Assembly (NCBI GenBank): GCA_964389595.1
Contig: CAYMEL010000002.1
Location: 20,278 to 84,277, forward strand
DNA length: 64,000 bases
DNA from: an uncultured Chlorobium sp.
GTDB taxonomy: Bacteria > Bacteroidota > Chlorobiia > Chlorobiales > Chlorobiaceae
Reading direction: 5' to 3'
Positions 11,062-22,563 of the stretch are shown here, in pieces. The position numbers and the translations under genes are program-made. Position 1 is the first letter of the stretch, and each line of letters starts with the position of its first letter. The notes under the pieces are model-generated. The model searched no databases and was not told where the DNA came from. It saw only the letters and a program-made list of their open reading frames with translations.

Positions 11062-11236
11062 GCATGAAAACCGATTTAGAGCTGCATTTGTTGAAACCCT
11101 TCGGGATTGTCGATCATACCAGATCTGCTTCGTTACAGAGAACTTGCGGTAGATCACTACAGCGGCATTCCCTGTGCCTCACATCTCCGGTATGCTCGAC
11201 AATCGCTCAATTTAGCTTTGATTCAGGTTTTAATGC
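11062..11236 (+). ncRNA. rod-shaped structured RNA, 6S RNA (SsrS)-like candidate
   Basis: Hand-folded ~175-nt hairpin: closing stem 11062-83/11214-36, asymmetric bubble, perfect 9-bp and 6-bp helices 11105-13/11196-204 and 11115-20/11189-94; G-U bias and a cUUCGg loop favour the + strand. Confidence 0.6.
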
Positions 11237-11242
11237 TCTGAC

Positions 11243-13142
<1,900 letters not shown>

Positions 13143-13162
13143 CCACAAAGAATGGAGGCGCA

Positions 13163-13465
13163 ATGGCTTTAATGGATATCACGGTTATACCGCTCGATAA
13201 AGGTTCGGCCGGACTCAGTGCCGGAGTTGCGCAGTTACAGGAGATTCTCCGGGAAAGCGGCCTTGATCATAAGCTGCATGATATGGGTACCACCGTTTCG
13301 GGTTCTTCGAGGGAGCTTTTTGCGCTTGCGGAGCAGCTGCATGAGCATCTTTTTTCAGCGGGAACACAGCGAGTCTATACGGTTATGAAGATCGACGATC
13401 GCCGTGACAAGGATGTCGGAATTGGTGACAAAGTTGCTTCGGTTGAGCGTGAAATAGGGCGCTGA
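13163..13465 (+). CDS. MTH1187/YkoF family thiamine-binding protein (DUF77)
   Basis: DITVIPL, MGTTVSG, RVYTVMKIDDRRDK pattern; 100 aa. Confidence 0.85.
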   Translation: MALMDITVIPLDKGSAGLSAGVAQLQEILRESGLDHKLHDMGTTVSGSSRELFALAEQLHEHLFSAGTQRVYTVMKIDDRRDKDVGIGDKVASVEREIGR

Positions 13466-13598
13466 GGAGAGTACAGGATTAATAAAAAATATTCTTATCT
13501 TCCTTTCTTTAGTTTTCAGTTGGGCGGTACAGAATCTCAGCCGTAATCCCTCCACGTAGGGATGGCAGGCGGCAGTAAATATCAGGAGGAAGGAGTTC

Positions 13599-14870
13599 AT
13601 GGCGTCAGTTCCGGGCACAACTCAGATAATCAAAGAAGACAACGTTACCCACAGCTTTTGCGGCCTTGCCAGTGTCGGCTGGCTGTATCAGAAAATCAGG
13701 GACAGTTTTTTCCTGATCCTCGGTACCCATACCTGCGCACATTTTCTCCAGAACGCTCTCGGTATGATGATTTTCGCAAAACCCCGTTTCGGTATTGCGC
13801 TGATGGAAGAGGGCGACCTCTCTCGACAGGACCCGAAACTCGATGACGTTATTGCTGAAATCAGGAGAGACCATCATCCTTCGGTTATTTTTCTTCTTTC
13901 CTCCTGTACACCGGAAGTCATGAAAGTCGATTTCAAGGGGCTTGCGCATTCGCTGAGCACTCCTGAAGTTCCGGTGCTTTTCGTACCGGCGAGCGGTCTT
14001 GTTTACAACTTTACACAGGCCGAGGATTCAGTGCTTCAGGCAATGATACCTTTCTGTCCGGAAGCGCCTGCCGGTGATAAAAGCGTTGTTTTCGTCGGTT
14101 CGGTCAACGACTCTATTGCTGAAGATCTTCGTTCGGAAGCTGAAGAGCTCGGTATCAAGGTAGGAGGGTTCCTTCCTGAAAACCGCTTCGATCAACTGCC
14201 AGCCATTGGGCCTGACACCGTCCTCGCCCCGATACAGCCATATCTTTCAAGGGTTGTGTCCAGGCTCAACCGTGAACGGGGATCGAAAGTGCTGCGGTCT
14301 CTCTTTCCCTTCGGACCTTCGGGAACACGGATATTCTGGGAAGACCTTGCATCGATGTTCGATATAACGGTGGACCTGAAAGAAAGAGAAGAGGCGGCAT
14401 GGGAAAGGATTTCCGAGCAGGTTGACCAGTTGAAAGGCAAGAGGGTGTTTTTGACGGCAGATACCATGATGGAACTTCCTCTGGCGCGTTTTCTGAAAAA
14501 CGTCGGGGCAGAAGTCATTGAATGCAGCAGCGCATACATCAACAAGAAATTCCACGCTCGTGAACTCGAGGCACTTGAAGGCGTAAGGGTGGTCGAGCAG
14601 CCTAACTTCCATCGCCAGTTGCAGGATATCAAGCAAGAGAAACCCGATCTGATCGTCACCTCTCTCATGACGGCCAATCCATTTGTGGGGAACGGGTTTG
14701 TCGTCAAGTGGAGCATGGAGTTCACCCTTATGCCGATTCACAGCTGGTCGGGTGTTTTCACGCTCGCGAACCTCTTCGTTTCTCCGCTTCAGCGCCGGAG
14801 CAAACTGCCGGAGTTTGACGAATCGGTGTGGCTGAAGGGTGTGATGCCGAGTGCGGAGCAGCAGAGTTAA
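13599..14870 (+). CDS. bchN: dark-operative protochlorophyllide reductase subunit N
   Basis: [24 protein letters not shown] cluster ligands. Confidence 0.96.
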   Translation: MASVPGTTQIIKEDNVTHSFCGLASVGWLYQKIRDSFFLILGTHTCAHFLQNALGMMIFAKPRFGIALMEEGDLSRQDPKLDDVIAEIRRDHHPSVIFLLSSCTPEVMKVDFKGLAHSLSTPEVPVLFVPASGLVYNFTQAEDSVLQAMIPFCPEAPAGDKSVVFVGSVNDSIAEDLRSEAEELGIKVGGFLPENRFDQLPAIGPDTVLAPIQPYLSRVVSRLNRERGSKVLRSLFPFGPSGTRIFWEDLASMFDITVDLKEREEAAWERISEQVDQLKGKRVFLTADTMMELPLARFLKNVGAEVIECSSAYINKKFHARELEALEGVRVVEQPNFHRQLQDIKQEKPDLIVTSLMTANPFVGNGFVVKWSMEFTLMPIHSWSGVFTLANLFVSPLQRRSKLPEFDESVWLKGVMPSAEQQS

Positions 14871-14955
14871 GGGTTTGGAGGACCAAACCTCCGGTTAGAG
14901 CATATAAAGGTGCCCTGAAAGAATTGCAATCAATATATAAAGAGGATTACAAAGC

Positions 14956-16548
14956 ATGCGTTTAGCTTTCTGGCTCTATGAGGGAACAGCGCTTCACGGG
15001 ATAAGCCGCGTCACGAACAGCATGAAAGACGTCCATACAGTTTATCATGCCCCTCAGGGAGACGATTACATAACCGCAACCTATACCATGCTGGAAAGAA
15101 CGCCGGAATTTCCCGCTCTTTCCATCAGTGTTGTCAGAGGTCAGGATCTGGCTCGTGGCGTGTCCCGCCTGCCCAGCACTCTGGAGCAGGTTGAAGAACA
15201 TTATCATCCTGAAATCATCGTTGTTGCGCCAAGCTGCAGTACCGCGCTCCTTCAGGAAGATCTCGGCCAGCTTTCCAGGCATTCGGGGGTCGATCCTGAA
15301 AAGATTATTGTTCACGATGTCAACCCGTTCAGGGTGCAGGAGCATGAATCGGCTGAAGGGTTGTTTACCAAACTGGTCGAACAGTACTCCCTCGAACAGA
15401 GTATGACCGAAAAACCGAGCGTCAACCTGCTGGGGTTCACCTCGCTCGGGTTTCACCTGCGTTCGGACCTTACCAGTCTTCGCAGGATTCTCAAAACGCT
15501 CGGTGTCGAGGTAAACGTTGTAGCTCCGTGGGGAGCAGGCCTTGAAGATATCAGAAATCTGCCGGCAGCATGGCTGAACGTCGTGCCTTACCATGAAATG
15601 GGGCCGGGTGCTGCGCATAGCCTTCGGGAAAAGTTCGGTATGCCGTCTTTACAAGGCACACCTCTTGGCGTCCAGCCAACGCTTGACTGGATCGGGGAGC
15701 TTCTTGAGAAACTCAATGTTGTCGCTGAAGAAAAAGGGTTACCCGCCCTTGAAATGCCGCCTTTGACCGATTTCTCACTTGACGGGCTCAGCGCGCCGAG
15801 CGGTGTTCCCTGGTTCGCCCGTACGGCCGATATGGAAAGTTTCAGCGGAAAAAGGGCGTTTGTTTTCGGGGATGCCTCGCATACCGTCGGTATGGTCAAA
15901 TTCCTCAAGGACGAACTTGGAATGCAGATTATCGGTGCGGGGACCTATCTCGAGCAGCATGCTGACTGGATTCGTCAGCAACTCGAGGGGTATCTGCCGG
16001 AACCGCTTATGGTAACGGACAAGTTCCAGGAGGTGTCGAAAAAAATCGAGGATGAGATGCCCGAACTGGTCTGCGGTACGCAGATGGAACGGCACAGTTG
16101 CCGGAAGCTCGATGTTCCCTGCATGGTCATATCGACACCGACACATATAGAGAACCATCTTATCGGTTACTATCCGGTTCTCGGTTTCGAAGGCGCCGAT
16201 GTGCTTGCCGACCGGGTATATACCTCCTGCAAGCTTGGTCTGGAAAAACATCTTATCGATTTTTTCGGAGACGCAGGGCTCGAATACGAGGAAGAAGCGT
16301 CGGAAGGGGGATCGAACGGTCAGCCGGGGGCTCCTGCAGAAAGCGATGAAGGAGGCATGGAGACCGGAGCAGAAGCCGGCGAAGACGGAATGCCCTGGAG
16401 TGCGGATGCTGAAAAAATGCTCAAAAAAGTTCCGTTTTTCGTTCGAAAAAAGGTTCGTAAGAATACTGAGAATTTTGCCCGTGAAAACGGTGAGACAGAC
16501 ATAACCGCCGAGGTTTTCAAAAGAGCCAAAGAAGCTCTGGGCGGGTAA
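14956..16548 (+). CDS. bchB: dark-operative protochlorophyllide reductase subunit B
   Basis: [26 protein letters not shown]-terminal PCP_red domain ([10 protein letters not shown]). Confidence 0.97.
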   Translation: MRLAFWLYEGTALHGISRVTNSMKDVHTVYHAPQGDDYITATYTMLERTPEFPALSISVVRGQDLARGVSRLPSTLEQVEEHYHPEIIVVAPSCSTALLQEDLGQLSRHSGVDPEKIIVHDVNPFRVQEHESAEGLFTKLVEQYSLEQSMTEKPSVNLLGFTSLGFHLRSDLTSLRRILKTLGVEVNVVAPWGAGLEDIRNLPAAWLNVVPYHEMGPGAAHSLREKFGMPSLQGTPLGVQPTLDWIGELLEKLNVVAEEKGLPALEMPPLTDFSLDGLSAPSGVPWFARTADMESFSGKRAFVFGDASHTVGMVKFLKDELGMQIIGAGTYLEQHADWIRQQLEGYLPEPLMVTDKFQEVSKKIEDEMPELVCGTQMERHSCRKLDVPCMVISTPTHIENHLIGYYPVLGFEGADVLADRVYTSCKLGLEKHLIDFFGDAGLEYEEEASEGGSNGQPGAPAESDEGGMETGAEAGEDGMPWSADAEKMLKKVPFFVRKKVRKNTENFARENGETDITAEVFKRAKEALGG

Positions 16549-16589
16549 GCAGGTAGTATATTGTTAATATTTAACATTGCGTTGTCACC

Positions 16590-17417
16590 ATGAGTTTAAT
16601 CCTTGCTGTTTATGGAAAGGGAGGTATTGGCAAGAGTACAACCACCGCGAATATTTCAGCAGCACTTGCTTTAAAAGGCGCGAAAGTCCTGCAGATAGGT
16701 TGTGATCCCAAGCACGACAGCACCTTTCCCCTCACCGGGATGCTGCAGAAAACCGTTATCGAAGCGCTTGAAGAAGTTGATTTTCACCATGAGGAGTTGA
16801 CTGAAGAAGATATCATACAGACCGGTTTTGGCGGCGTTGACGCATTAGAAGCCGGAGGCCCTCCCGCTGGAAGCGGATGCGGCGGGTATGTTGTTGGCGA
16901 AGCCGTGAAGCTTCTTCAGGAACTCGGTGTCTATGACCGTTACGACGTGATTCTTTTCGACGTACTGGGCGACGTGGTTTGCGGCGGTTTCAGCGCGCCG
17001 TTGACCTATGCCGACTACGCGGTGATTATCGCAACCAATGACTTTGACAGTATCTTTGCGGCTAACCGCCTCTGTATGGCCATAGAACAGAAAAGCACGC
17101 GTTACAAGGTGCAGCTGGCCGGTATTGTCGCCAACCGTGTAGACTATGCGAAAGGCGGCGGCACCAATATGCTCGAGCAGTTTGCCGACAAGGTAGGTAC
17201 CAAGCTCCTTGCACGGGTTCCCTATCACGAATTGATCCGCAAGAGCCGTTTTGCCGGAAAGACCATGTTCCAGATGGAAGACGGATCGGACAAAGATGAG
17301 TGCGTCAAGCCGTACAACGAGATTGCCGACTTCCTGCTTTCCAGGGAACCTTCGGCTTCCGTTCCTGCGCCGATCGGCGACAGGGAGATCTTCGACATTG
17401 TCGGAGGGTGGCAGTAG
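16590..17417 (+). CDS. bchL: dark-operative protochlorophyllide reductase Fe protein
   Basis: [38 protein letters not shown]. Confidence 0.97.
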   Translation: MSLILAVYGKGGIGKSTTTANISAALALKGAKVLQIGCDPKHDSTFPLTGMLQKTVIEALEEVDFHHEELTEEDIIQTGFGGVDALEAGGPPAGSGCGGYVVGEAVKLLQELGVYDRYDVILFDVLGDVVCGGFSAPLTYADYAVIIATNDFDSIFAANRLCMAIEQKSTRYKVQLAGIVANRVDYAKGGGTNMLEQFADKVGTKLLARVPYHELIRKSRFAGKTMFQMEDGSDKDECVKPYNEIADFLLSREPSASVPAPIGDREIFDIVGGWQ

Positions 17418-17422
17418 GAAGA

Positions 17423-17450
17423 CAGTCGGCAGTATTCAGTCGGCAGTAGG
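17423..17450. repeat. four imperfect 7-nt tandem units (CAGT-NNN)
   Basis: CAGTCGG CAGTATT CAGTCGG CAGTAGG just after the bchL stop. Confidence 0.7.
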
Positions 17451-17536
17451 TTGAAGCGCTCTCGCGCCTGTTGAGTTGTTGAATCCTCCGATGGCTCGAC
17501 ACCGGATGTTCAAAGATCAATGAATAAGAGAAATAC

Positions 17537-17567
17537 AAGGCAGCTTTCGGGCTGCCTTTTGTTTTTT
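17537..17567 (+). terminator. intrinsic terminator after bchNBL
   Basis: AAGGCAGC-TTTCGG-GCTGCCTT then TTGTTTTTT. Confidence 0.75.
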
Positions 17568-17659
17568 CCGGTTTTGATCTACAACTTACACAATACCGCT
17601 TTCGCAAAGTATCCACATGGATCTGAGTATCTGGAACAGTAACCTTTGAGGATTGCCCG

Positions 17660-18352
17660 ATGAAACCGACACTTGCATTTGACGTGTATGGAACCCTCAT
17701 CGACACGCACGGTCTTGTATCGAAAATCCGGAAAACTGCCGGTGACAAAGCAGAAGACTTTTCCCGAATCTGGCGGGAAAAACAGCTCGAGTACTCGTTC
17801 CGCAGGGGGTTGATGCAGACCTATGAATCGTTTGGGGTTTGTACGTGCGAAGCGCTTGATTACACCTGTGCTTTTTGTAAGGTTCCTCTTACTGCAAGGC
17901 AGAAGGATGACCTGCTTGAACGCTACCGCACGCTGCCGGCCTTCGGTGACGTGGAAAAGAGCCTGAACGCACTCAAAGCATCAGGATTTCGCCTTTATGC
18001 CTTTTCCAACGGCAGTGCGGAAGCTGTCGGGGCGCTCCTTTCGGCAGCAGGCGTCAGGGAACTGTTTCTGGATGTTGTCAGCGTTGAAGAACTGCAGTCA
18101 TTCAAGCCCGATCCGGCGGTGTACGATCATTTTCTCGAGCGGTCGGGCGCAAAAGGCGGCAGCGCATGGCTCATTTCATGTAACCCTTTCGATGTGATAG
18201 GGGCCATATCGGCAGGCATGCAAGCGGTTTGGGTCAAACGTTCACCCGATGCGATCTTCGATCCCTGGGGGATCGAGCCGACGCTTACCGTATCGAGCCT
18301 TACCGAACTTGAAGAAAGCATTTCGGTTCACCTTGCCGTGGAAGGAGGCTAA
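17660..18352 (+). CDS. haloacid dehalogenase type II (HAD superfamily)
   Basis: FDVYGTLID, WREKQLEYSF, SNG, FKPDPAVY, SCNPFD. Confidence 0.88.
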   Translation: MKPTLAFDVYGTLIDTHGLVSKIRKTAGDKAEDFSRIWREKQLEYSFRRGLMQTYESFGVCTCEALDYTCAFCKVPLTARQKDDLLERYRTLPAFGDVEKSLNALKASGFRLYAFSNGSAEAVGALLSAAGVRELFLDVVSVEELQSFKPDPAVYDHFLERSGAKGGSAWLISCNPFDVIGAISAGMQAVWVKRSPDAIFDPWGIEPTLTVSSLTELEESISVHLAVEGG

Positions 18353-18501
18353 TGTTGGATGTTTATTCAAGGTGCTCGCGACACTTAGTAGAGGTGGTTT
18401 CAGGTGTAATTCACTTGGGTGCATGGATGTTAAAACGATAGTGCGTGAAATGATGGTTTTAGTATGAAAAAAAGCAGTGTTTAAGGAAAAAGGGAATTGA
18501 G

Positions 18502-18699
18502 ATGAGTAATAAAGAAATTCTTGAGCAGGCCATGGCGCTTAAGCCTGAAGAGCGGCTTATGATTGTTGAGGGGTTATTGAAAAGCCTTGACGAACCAGAT
18601 CGGAAGATTGACGAAATATGGGCTGAAGAAGCTGAAAAACGACTGAAAGCATACAGGGAGGGGCGCCTTGAAGGCATTCCTATGGAGGAGATTTTGTAA
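18502..18699 (+). CDS. addiction module antitoxin (TIGR02574-like)
   Basis: AMALKPEERLMIVEGLLKSLD...WAEEAEKRL..YREG pattern; precedes a RelE-like gene. Confidence 0.85.
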   Translation: MSNKEILEQAMALKPEERLMIVEGLLKSLDEPDRKIDEIWAEEAEKRLKAYREGRLEGIPMEEIL

Positions 18700-18705
18700 G
18701 GGTCA

Positions 18706-19002
18706 ATGGTCAAGGTTATTTTTTCAAGATATGCGAAGCTCGAATTGAACGATGCAACAAATTTCTATGAGCTTGAGTTTGAAGGTCTTGGGCAGGTTTT
18801 CAAAGAGGAGGTTAGTAAATCAATAAAAAGAATCACACAATATCCTGAAGCATGGTCAGTAGAGCGAGGTGATATAAGAAAATGTTTGCTCTATAAGTTT
18901 CCTTACAAGCTTCTCTATTCTATAGAGAAGGATCACATATTTATTATTGCTGTTGCGCATCGACACCGAAAACCTGATTATTGGATTGATAGGGAAAAAT
19001 AA
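18706..19002 (+). CDS. RelE/ParE family toxin
   Basis: AKLELNDA..FYE, IRKCLLYKFPYKLLY, IIAVAHRHRKPDYW. Confidence 0.88.
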   Translation: MVKVIFSRYAKLELNDATNFYELEFEGLGQVFKEEVSKSIKRITQYPEAWSVERGDIRKCLLYKFPYKLLYSIEKDHIFIIAVAHRHRKPDYWIDREK

Positions 19003-19027
19003 TTCCATGATAAAGCTATCAATAGCA

Positions 19028-19269
19028 AGGCCAGTCGAAGAGGCTGCCTTTGCTGATATGAGCAAATTCACAGCTGGAAAGTCTGAATTATGTTTTAAAA
19101 AGCAGAGTTATTTATGAACTACAAGGAATCAAAAGACGGTGAAGTAAAGGCAGTTGAACTGAGTACTAAGAGTCATGAGCTGATTGAAGAAAGTCGTGTG
19201 TTGTTAAAAATTCTTGCGCTGAGTTCGTTGTCAATTGAACAAGGAAAGTATAGGCCAGTCGAAGAGGCT
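19028..19269. repeat. 18-bp perfect direct repeat AGGCCAGTCGAAGAGGCT
   Basis: Copies at 19028-19045 and 19252-19269. Confidence 0.9.
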
Positions 19270-19302
19270 TTTGCTTTGCTCAAATCCTCATTGAAAACAT
19301 GA
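19114..19302 (+). pseudogene. N-terminally truncated Phd/YefM-type antitoxin remnant
   Basis: DGEVKAV and LLKILALSSLSIEQGKYRPVEEAF resemble the C-terminal half of Phd-family antitoxins; DNA-binding N-terminus and cognate toxin absent. Confidence 0.5.
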
Positions 19303-19856
19303 GTCCTGCAAAAGTTTACAGAAACCAGCTTGGAAAGCTTACCGACCTTCCCAACATCGGGCCCTCAATTGCTGCTGACCTTCGCCTTTTGGGTATCGAG
19401 AAACCCGACGATCTTGCCGGCCGGTCTCCATTGGAGCTGTATCACATGCTGTCATCCATAAAAGGGATGCGTCAGGACCCCTGCCTTCTCGACGTTTTTA
19501 TTTCCATAACCCGTTTCATGGAAGGCGAAGAGCCTCGCCCGTGGTGGCATTATACTGCGGAACGAAAGAGATGTTTGGAGTCGAAAAATATGGTACGCAA
19601 CAGGTCGTTGACCGATTTGAAAAATATCGGGAAGACAATAGCAGCAAGACTCAGTGAGGCAGGCATACATACCGAAGAGGCATTGCGGGCGACCGGGCCG
19701 GTCGAGGCGCATAGAAAGATCAGGGAAAACCACCCCGATGAAACACACCCGTTATGCTACTACCTGTATTCGTTTGAGGGCGCGTTAAATGACAAGCACT
19801 GGGATGCTATAGGTGAGGAGCGAAAACGTGAGCTTAAACGGGCAATTGGCGATTAG
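19299..19856 (+). CDS. double HhH protein: Cdd1-like domain fused to TfoX/Sxy C-terminal-like domain
   Basis: LTDLPNIGPSIAADL...QDPCLLDVF...WWHYT and LTDLKNIGKTIAARL...CYYLYSFEGAL...HW. Confidence 0.7.
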   Translation: MSPAKVYRNQLGKLTDLPNIGPSIAADLRLLGIEKPDDLAGRSPLELYHMLSSIKGMRQDPCLLDVFISITRFMEGEEPRPWWHYTAERKRCLESKNMVRNRSLTDLKNIGKTIAARLSEAGIHTEEALRATGPVEAHRKIRENHPDETHPLCYYLYSFEGALNDKHWDAIGEERKRELKRAIGD

Positions 19857-19986
19857 CATCTCTGGCCATTGCAAAGCTTCTGCTGATGAATTCCCGCAAG
19901 CTGCGGACCGCAAAGCCCAATGCAAGAAAGGGGCAGAATTTTCCTGAATGGGATGGGTGGCGCGACCGGGGTGTTATTATAAAAGT

Positions 19987-20061
19987 TAAAATAAGGATCA
20001 GGCTTATTTTAGGATAAGCGGTTATCCTAAAATAACGGCGAGGCAGGCCCCGGGCCTGCCT
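19987..20061. terminator. stacked inverted repeats between convergent genes (probable bidirectional terminator zone)
   Basis: Perfect 14-bp IR 20004-17/20022-35; GC-rich 9-bp IR 20041-49/20053-61; alternative 9-bp IR 19987-95/20003-11. Confidence 0.55.
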
Positions 20062-20081
20062 TGTCTGTTTTCAGGCGGGTA

Positions 20082-20654
20082 TCAGATATGGCAGGTGTAG
20101 CGGCAGGTTACGTTTCGGCTTTCTCCGGTGATCGAAGCGTCGATTTTGGTGTCGGGATTGACCAGTTCCTTGAGCAGTTTGGTGAACGTGCCGAGGTAGA
20201 AGTTGCCGACAACCGGTATGGTCGGGTGGGTGACCTTGACGGTGATAACCGGTTTTTTGCCGGTGGTGTAACTGAAGTCTCCGCTGCCGACAAAGGTCCA
20301 GGCGTTTTTGCCGATAGCCAGGAACAGCAGCTTGAAAGCAAGGCCCGGCGGCAGCGGTTTGAGCAGCGTCTGGAAAAATCCGGGGATTCTCACTTTTAGG
20401 AGATACGCTGCGGTACGCTGGCCTGAATCGTTGAGCAGTTCTGCGAGCACGCCGGTATCGAGTTCCTTGCCAAGCGACGTGACCAGACTGTGAAACTTTT
20501 CTTCCTCAACCATTTCCGACGGCAGATTGCCGATAAGGTATCCCTGGCCCGCGACGGTCAGACGGGCATCAGCTTCCGCCTTGCCGTATTTCGCTTCGAG
20601 AGCGGCTACGGTTTGAATGATGGAGTTTGGGCCGATTTTAGCAGGAGCTGTCAT
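20082..20654 (-). CDS. bchJ: BchJ (V4R-domain bacteriochlorophyll biosynthesis protein)
   Basis: AKIGPNSIIQ, SGQRTAAYLLKVRIP, AIGKNAWTFVGSG; ATG at 20654. Confidence 0.9.
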   Translation of the reverse strand: MTAPAKIGPNSIIQTVAALEAKYGKAEADARLTVAGQGYLIGNLPSEMVEEEKFHSLVTSLGKELDTGVLAELLNDSGQRTAAYLLKVRIPGFFQTLLKPLPPGLAFKLLFLAIGKNAWTFVGSGDFSYTTGKKPVITVKVTHPTIPVVGNFYLGTFTKLLKELVNPDTKIDASITGESRNVTCRYTCHI

Positions 20655-20738
20655 GTGAATAATGCCGTTTAATTCGTTAAATAATTGTGTGAAAATACAT
20701 AGAGTGGGGCTCACGACCAACAGTGGCCGTCGAGAGCT

Positions 20739-22442
20739 TTATTGTCCGGTGTCAGGTGGAAAAGTGATGTTGACGTTTTCCGTAGCCCAGCCTTTTCTGA
20801 CGGTGACCGTATCGCGGTTGACGGCAAAAAGGTCGGCAGGTTCGAAGGGGTGGATAGTACCGGGATTCCACGGCAGTTCATACTGTTGCCCTTGCGTTTT
20901 TCGGGGGATAAACGCCCTCACGGTGTACTTGCCGGGAGCGAGTTCATCGATGGAGTACTCGGCAGGGTCGGCGCCTGTTCGCTGGACGACCGTTTTTCGG
21001 GGCAGCCGGCTTATCGAATCGAGCGCTTCGACGACGACTGTTCCGCTGCCTCCCGATACGGTTCCTGTGATGGAACCGAAATCGCCTGAATCGGCCACGG
21101 TGAATATGGATGTCGCAAGTGTATCGGATGCTCTTTCCCCGCCAAGGCCGATAAGGCTTGCCAGTTGTACATCAACGCGATAAGTATTGCCGTTCTTGAA
21201 CGATGGATCGGTTTGCAGTGTGTAGCGCCTGTTGTCCACAGGGGTGATCGTGAAGGCGAGAGGAGAGGTTTTTTCTCCATTGACCCGGTAGAGTCTGGCG
21301 GCTTGCCTGAGCGATTTCTCTGCAACCGGTATGTTGAAGGCTATATCGACCGTTCTTCCCCTTTCGGGATAAGTGGGTTTGAGAAACGCTGTTTGTGCGT
21401 TGTTTTTCGGGAGCAGTTCGCTGAGGGTCAGGGTTTCTTTCAGCTTTTTGTCAGCACCCCTGCAAGCTGTTGGTGCCGGATGCCCGTTATAGCTGATACG
21501 GTAGCCTGATTTCGGATCGAGCGTGCCGGTAATGACCCGGTAAGTGGCGGTACTGCGAGTGTTTTTCTCGGTGTAAAAGCCCTTTAGAGGCAGTAAAGAG
21601 TTGCTCAGCGTATCGGTTATAGACAACTGCCCGATGTCAAACTCGCCGACCGGAATGCTTCGGTCGAAGCTGATTGCCAGGATGTTGTCGGCAGGCGAAG
21701 AGCAGTAAACCGGTTTGGGCGCAACCCGTGGTGCCGCCAGTATGAAAAGGTTGTCCAGCGTACCGGTCCTGACAAGCTTTCGATGGCCTCCTCCTGAAGA
21801 TTCCGTATCAGGATTCAGTCGCTTGTCTCCGTTCTTGTCCTGAAAGCAGAGTAGCCGGTAGTTTCCTTCTGCAAGGTATTCGAATGTGAATGTCCCGTTC
21901 CGACCGGTCTGAACGATGTAATCCGGTTCCTTGTTCAGCGGGTTGAGGGGAAGGGTGTCGTTACCCGTCAGTGCGTAGGCAAGGACAATCGCACGCGAAG
22001 AAGGTCGGCTGTCGTTCGAAAAAACCTGCCCCCCGATACTGCCGCGGTTTATTTTCTCTCCGGTTGAAAACGCGTAAGTGTAGCTGTGCTCGAGTTCATT
22101 GCCCCGGCTGCTTCTCAGCGATGCATTGAGGGTGATCGTATAGGTTTTGTTTATGCCCAGCGGTTTTGTGAAAAAAATCTCCGCTTTTGTGCCACCCGCT
22201 CTCAGGGTATAGTCCGGGATTGTCGGAGAAAATACCAGAGCTTTTCTCAATGACCATGCCGGAACATAGCGGTTGAAGGTGAGAACGATTTTTTGAGGTG
22301 AGACATTGACTGAAGATGGAGGCGGATCCACAGAGAGGATTTCCAGGGGGACGGTATCCTCGGGTCCACCTTTCGGCGGCCGGTCGACTGCGCATGCCGC
22401 AAGGAAAAGGAGCAGGCTGAAAAGAAGCGGTAGCGGTTTCAT
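20739..22442 (-). CDS. lipoprotein with bacterial Ig-like (Big_5-type) domains
   Basis: Lipobox LAAC, PPKGGPED, YTYAFSTG..I..G.I.G pattern. Confidence 0.7.
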   Translation of the reverse strand: MKPLPLLFSLLLFLAACAVDRPPKGGPEDTVPLEILSVDPPPSSVNVSPQKIVLTFNRYVPAWSLRKALVFSPTIPDYTLRAGGTKAEIFFTKPLGINKTYTITLNASLRSSRGNELEHSYTYAFSTGEKINRGSIGGQVFSNDSRPSSRAIVLAYALTGNDTLPLNPLNKEPDYIVQTGRNGTFTFEYLAEGNYRLLCFQDKNGDKRLNPDTESSGGGHRKLVRTGTLDNLFILAAPRVAPKPVYCSSPADNILAISFDRSIPVGEFDIGQLSITDTLSNSLLPLKGFYTEKNTRSTATYRVITGTLDPKSGYRISYNGHPAPTACRGADKKLKETLTLSELLPKNNAQTAFLKPTYPERGRTVDIAFNIPVAEKSLRQAARLYRVNGEKTSPLAFTITPVDNRRYTLQTDPSFKNGNTYRVDVQLASLIGLGGERASDTLATSIFTVADSGDFGSITGTVSGGSGTVVVEALDSISRLPRKTVVQRTGADPAEYSIDELAPGKYTVRAFIPRKTQGQQYELPWNPGTIHPFEPADLFAVNRDTVTVRKGWATENVNITFPPDTGQ

Positions 22443-22563
22443 TGACAGACAGGCTGATAGCCTGACCCGGATTGTAAATCAGCGTATAAATTCGTAAATT
22501 AAAAAGCTAAGAAGTTCTATGAAAATATTTTGAGAAAAAAATAACAGATTGTTTACGATATAG

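Noticed and set aside
14872-14889. 7-bp hairpin GGTTTGG-AGGA-CCAAACC between bchN and bchB
   Set aside because: No T tail; an ordinary intercistronic stem-loop.
18349-18501. GTTRRRY-like core (GTTGGAT) after the HAD stop suggesting an attC site
   Set aside because: No upstream RYYYAAC inverse core or attC-like hairpin, and no integron integrase in the window.
19860-19940. GGACCGCAAAGCC resembling part of a c-di-GMP-I riboswitch
   Set aside because: GGCAAAC/GAAA P2 elements are absent and it points into a convergent gap with no downstream gene.
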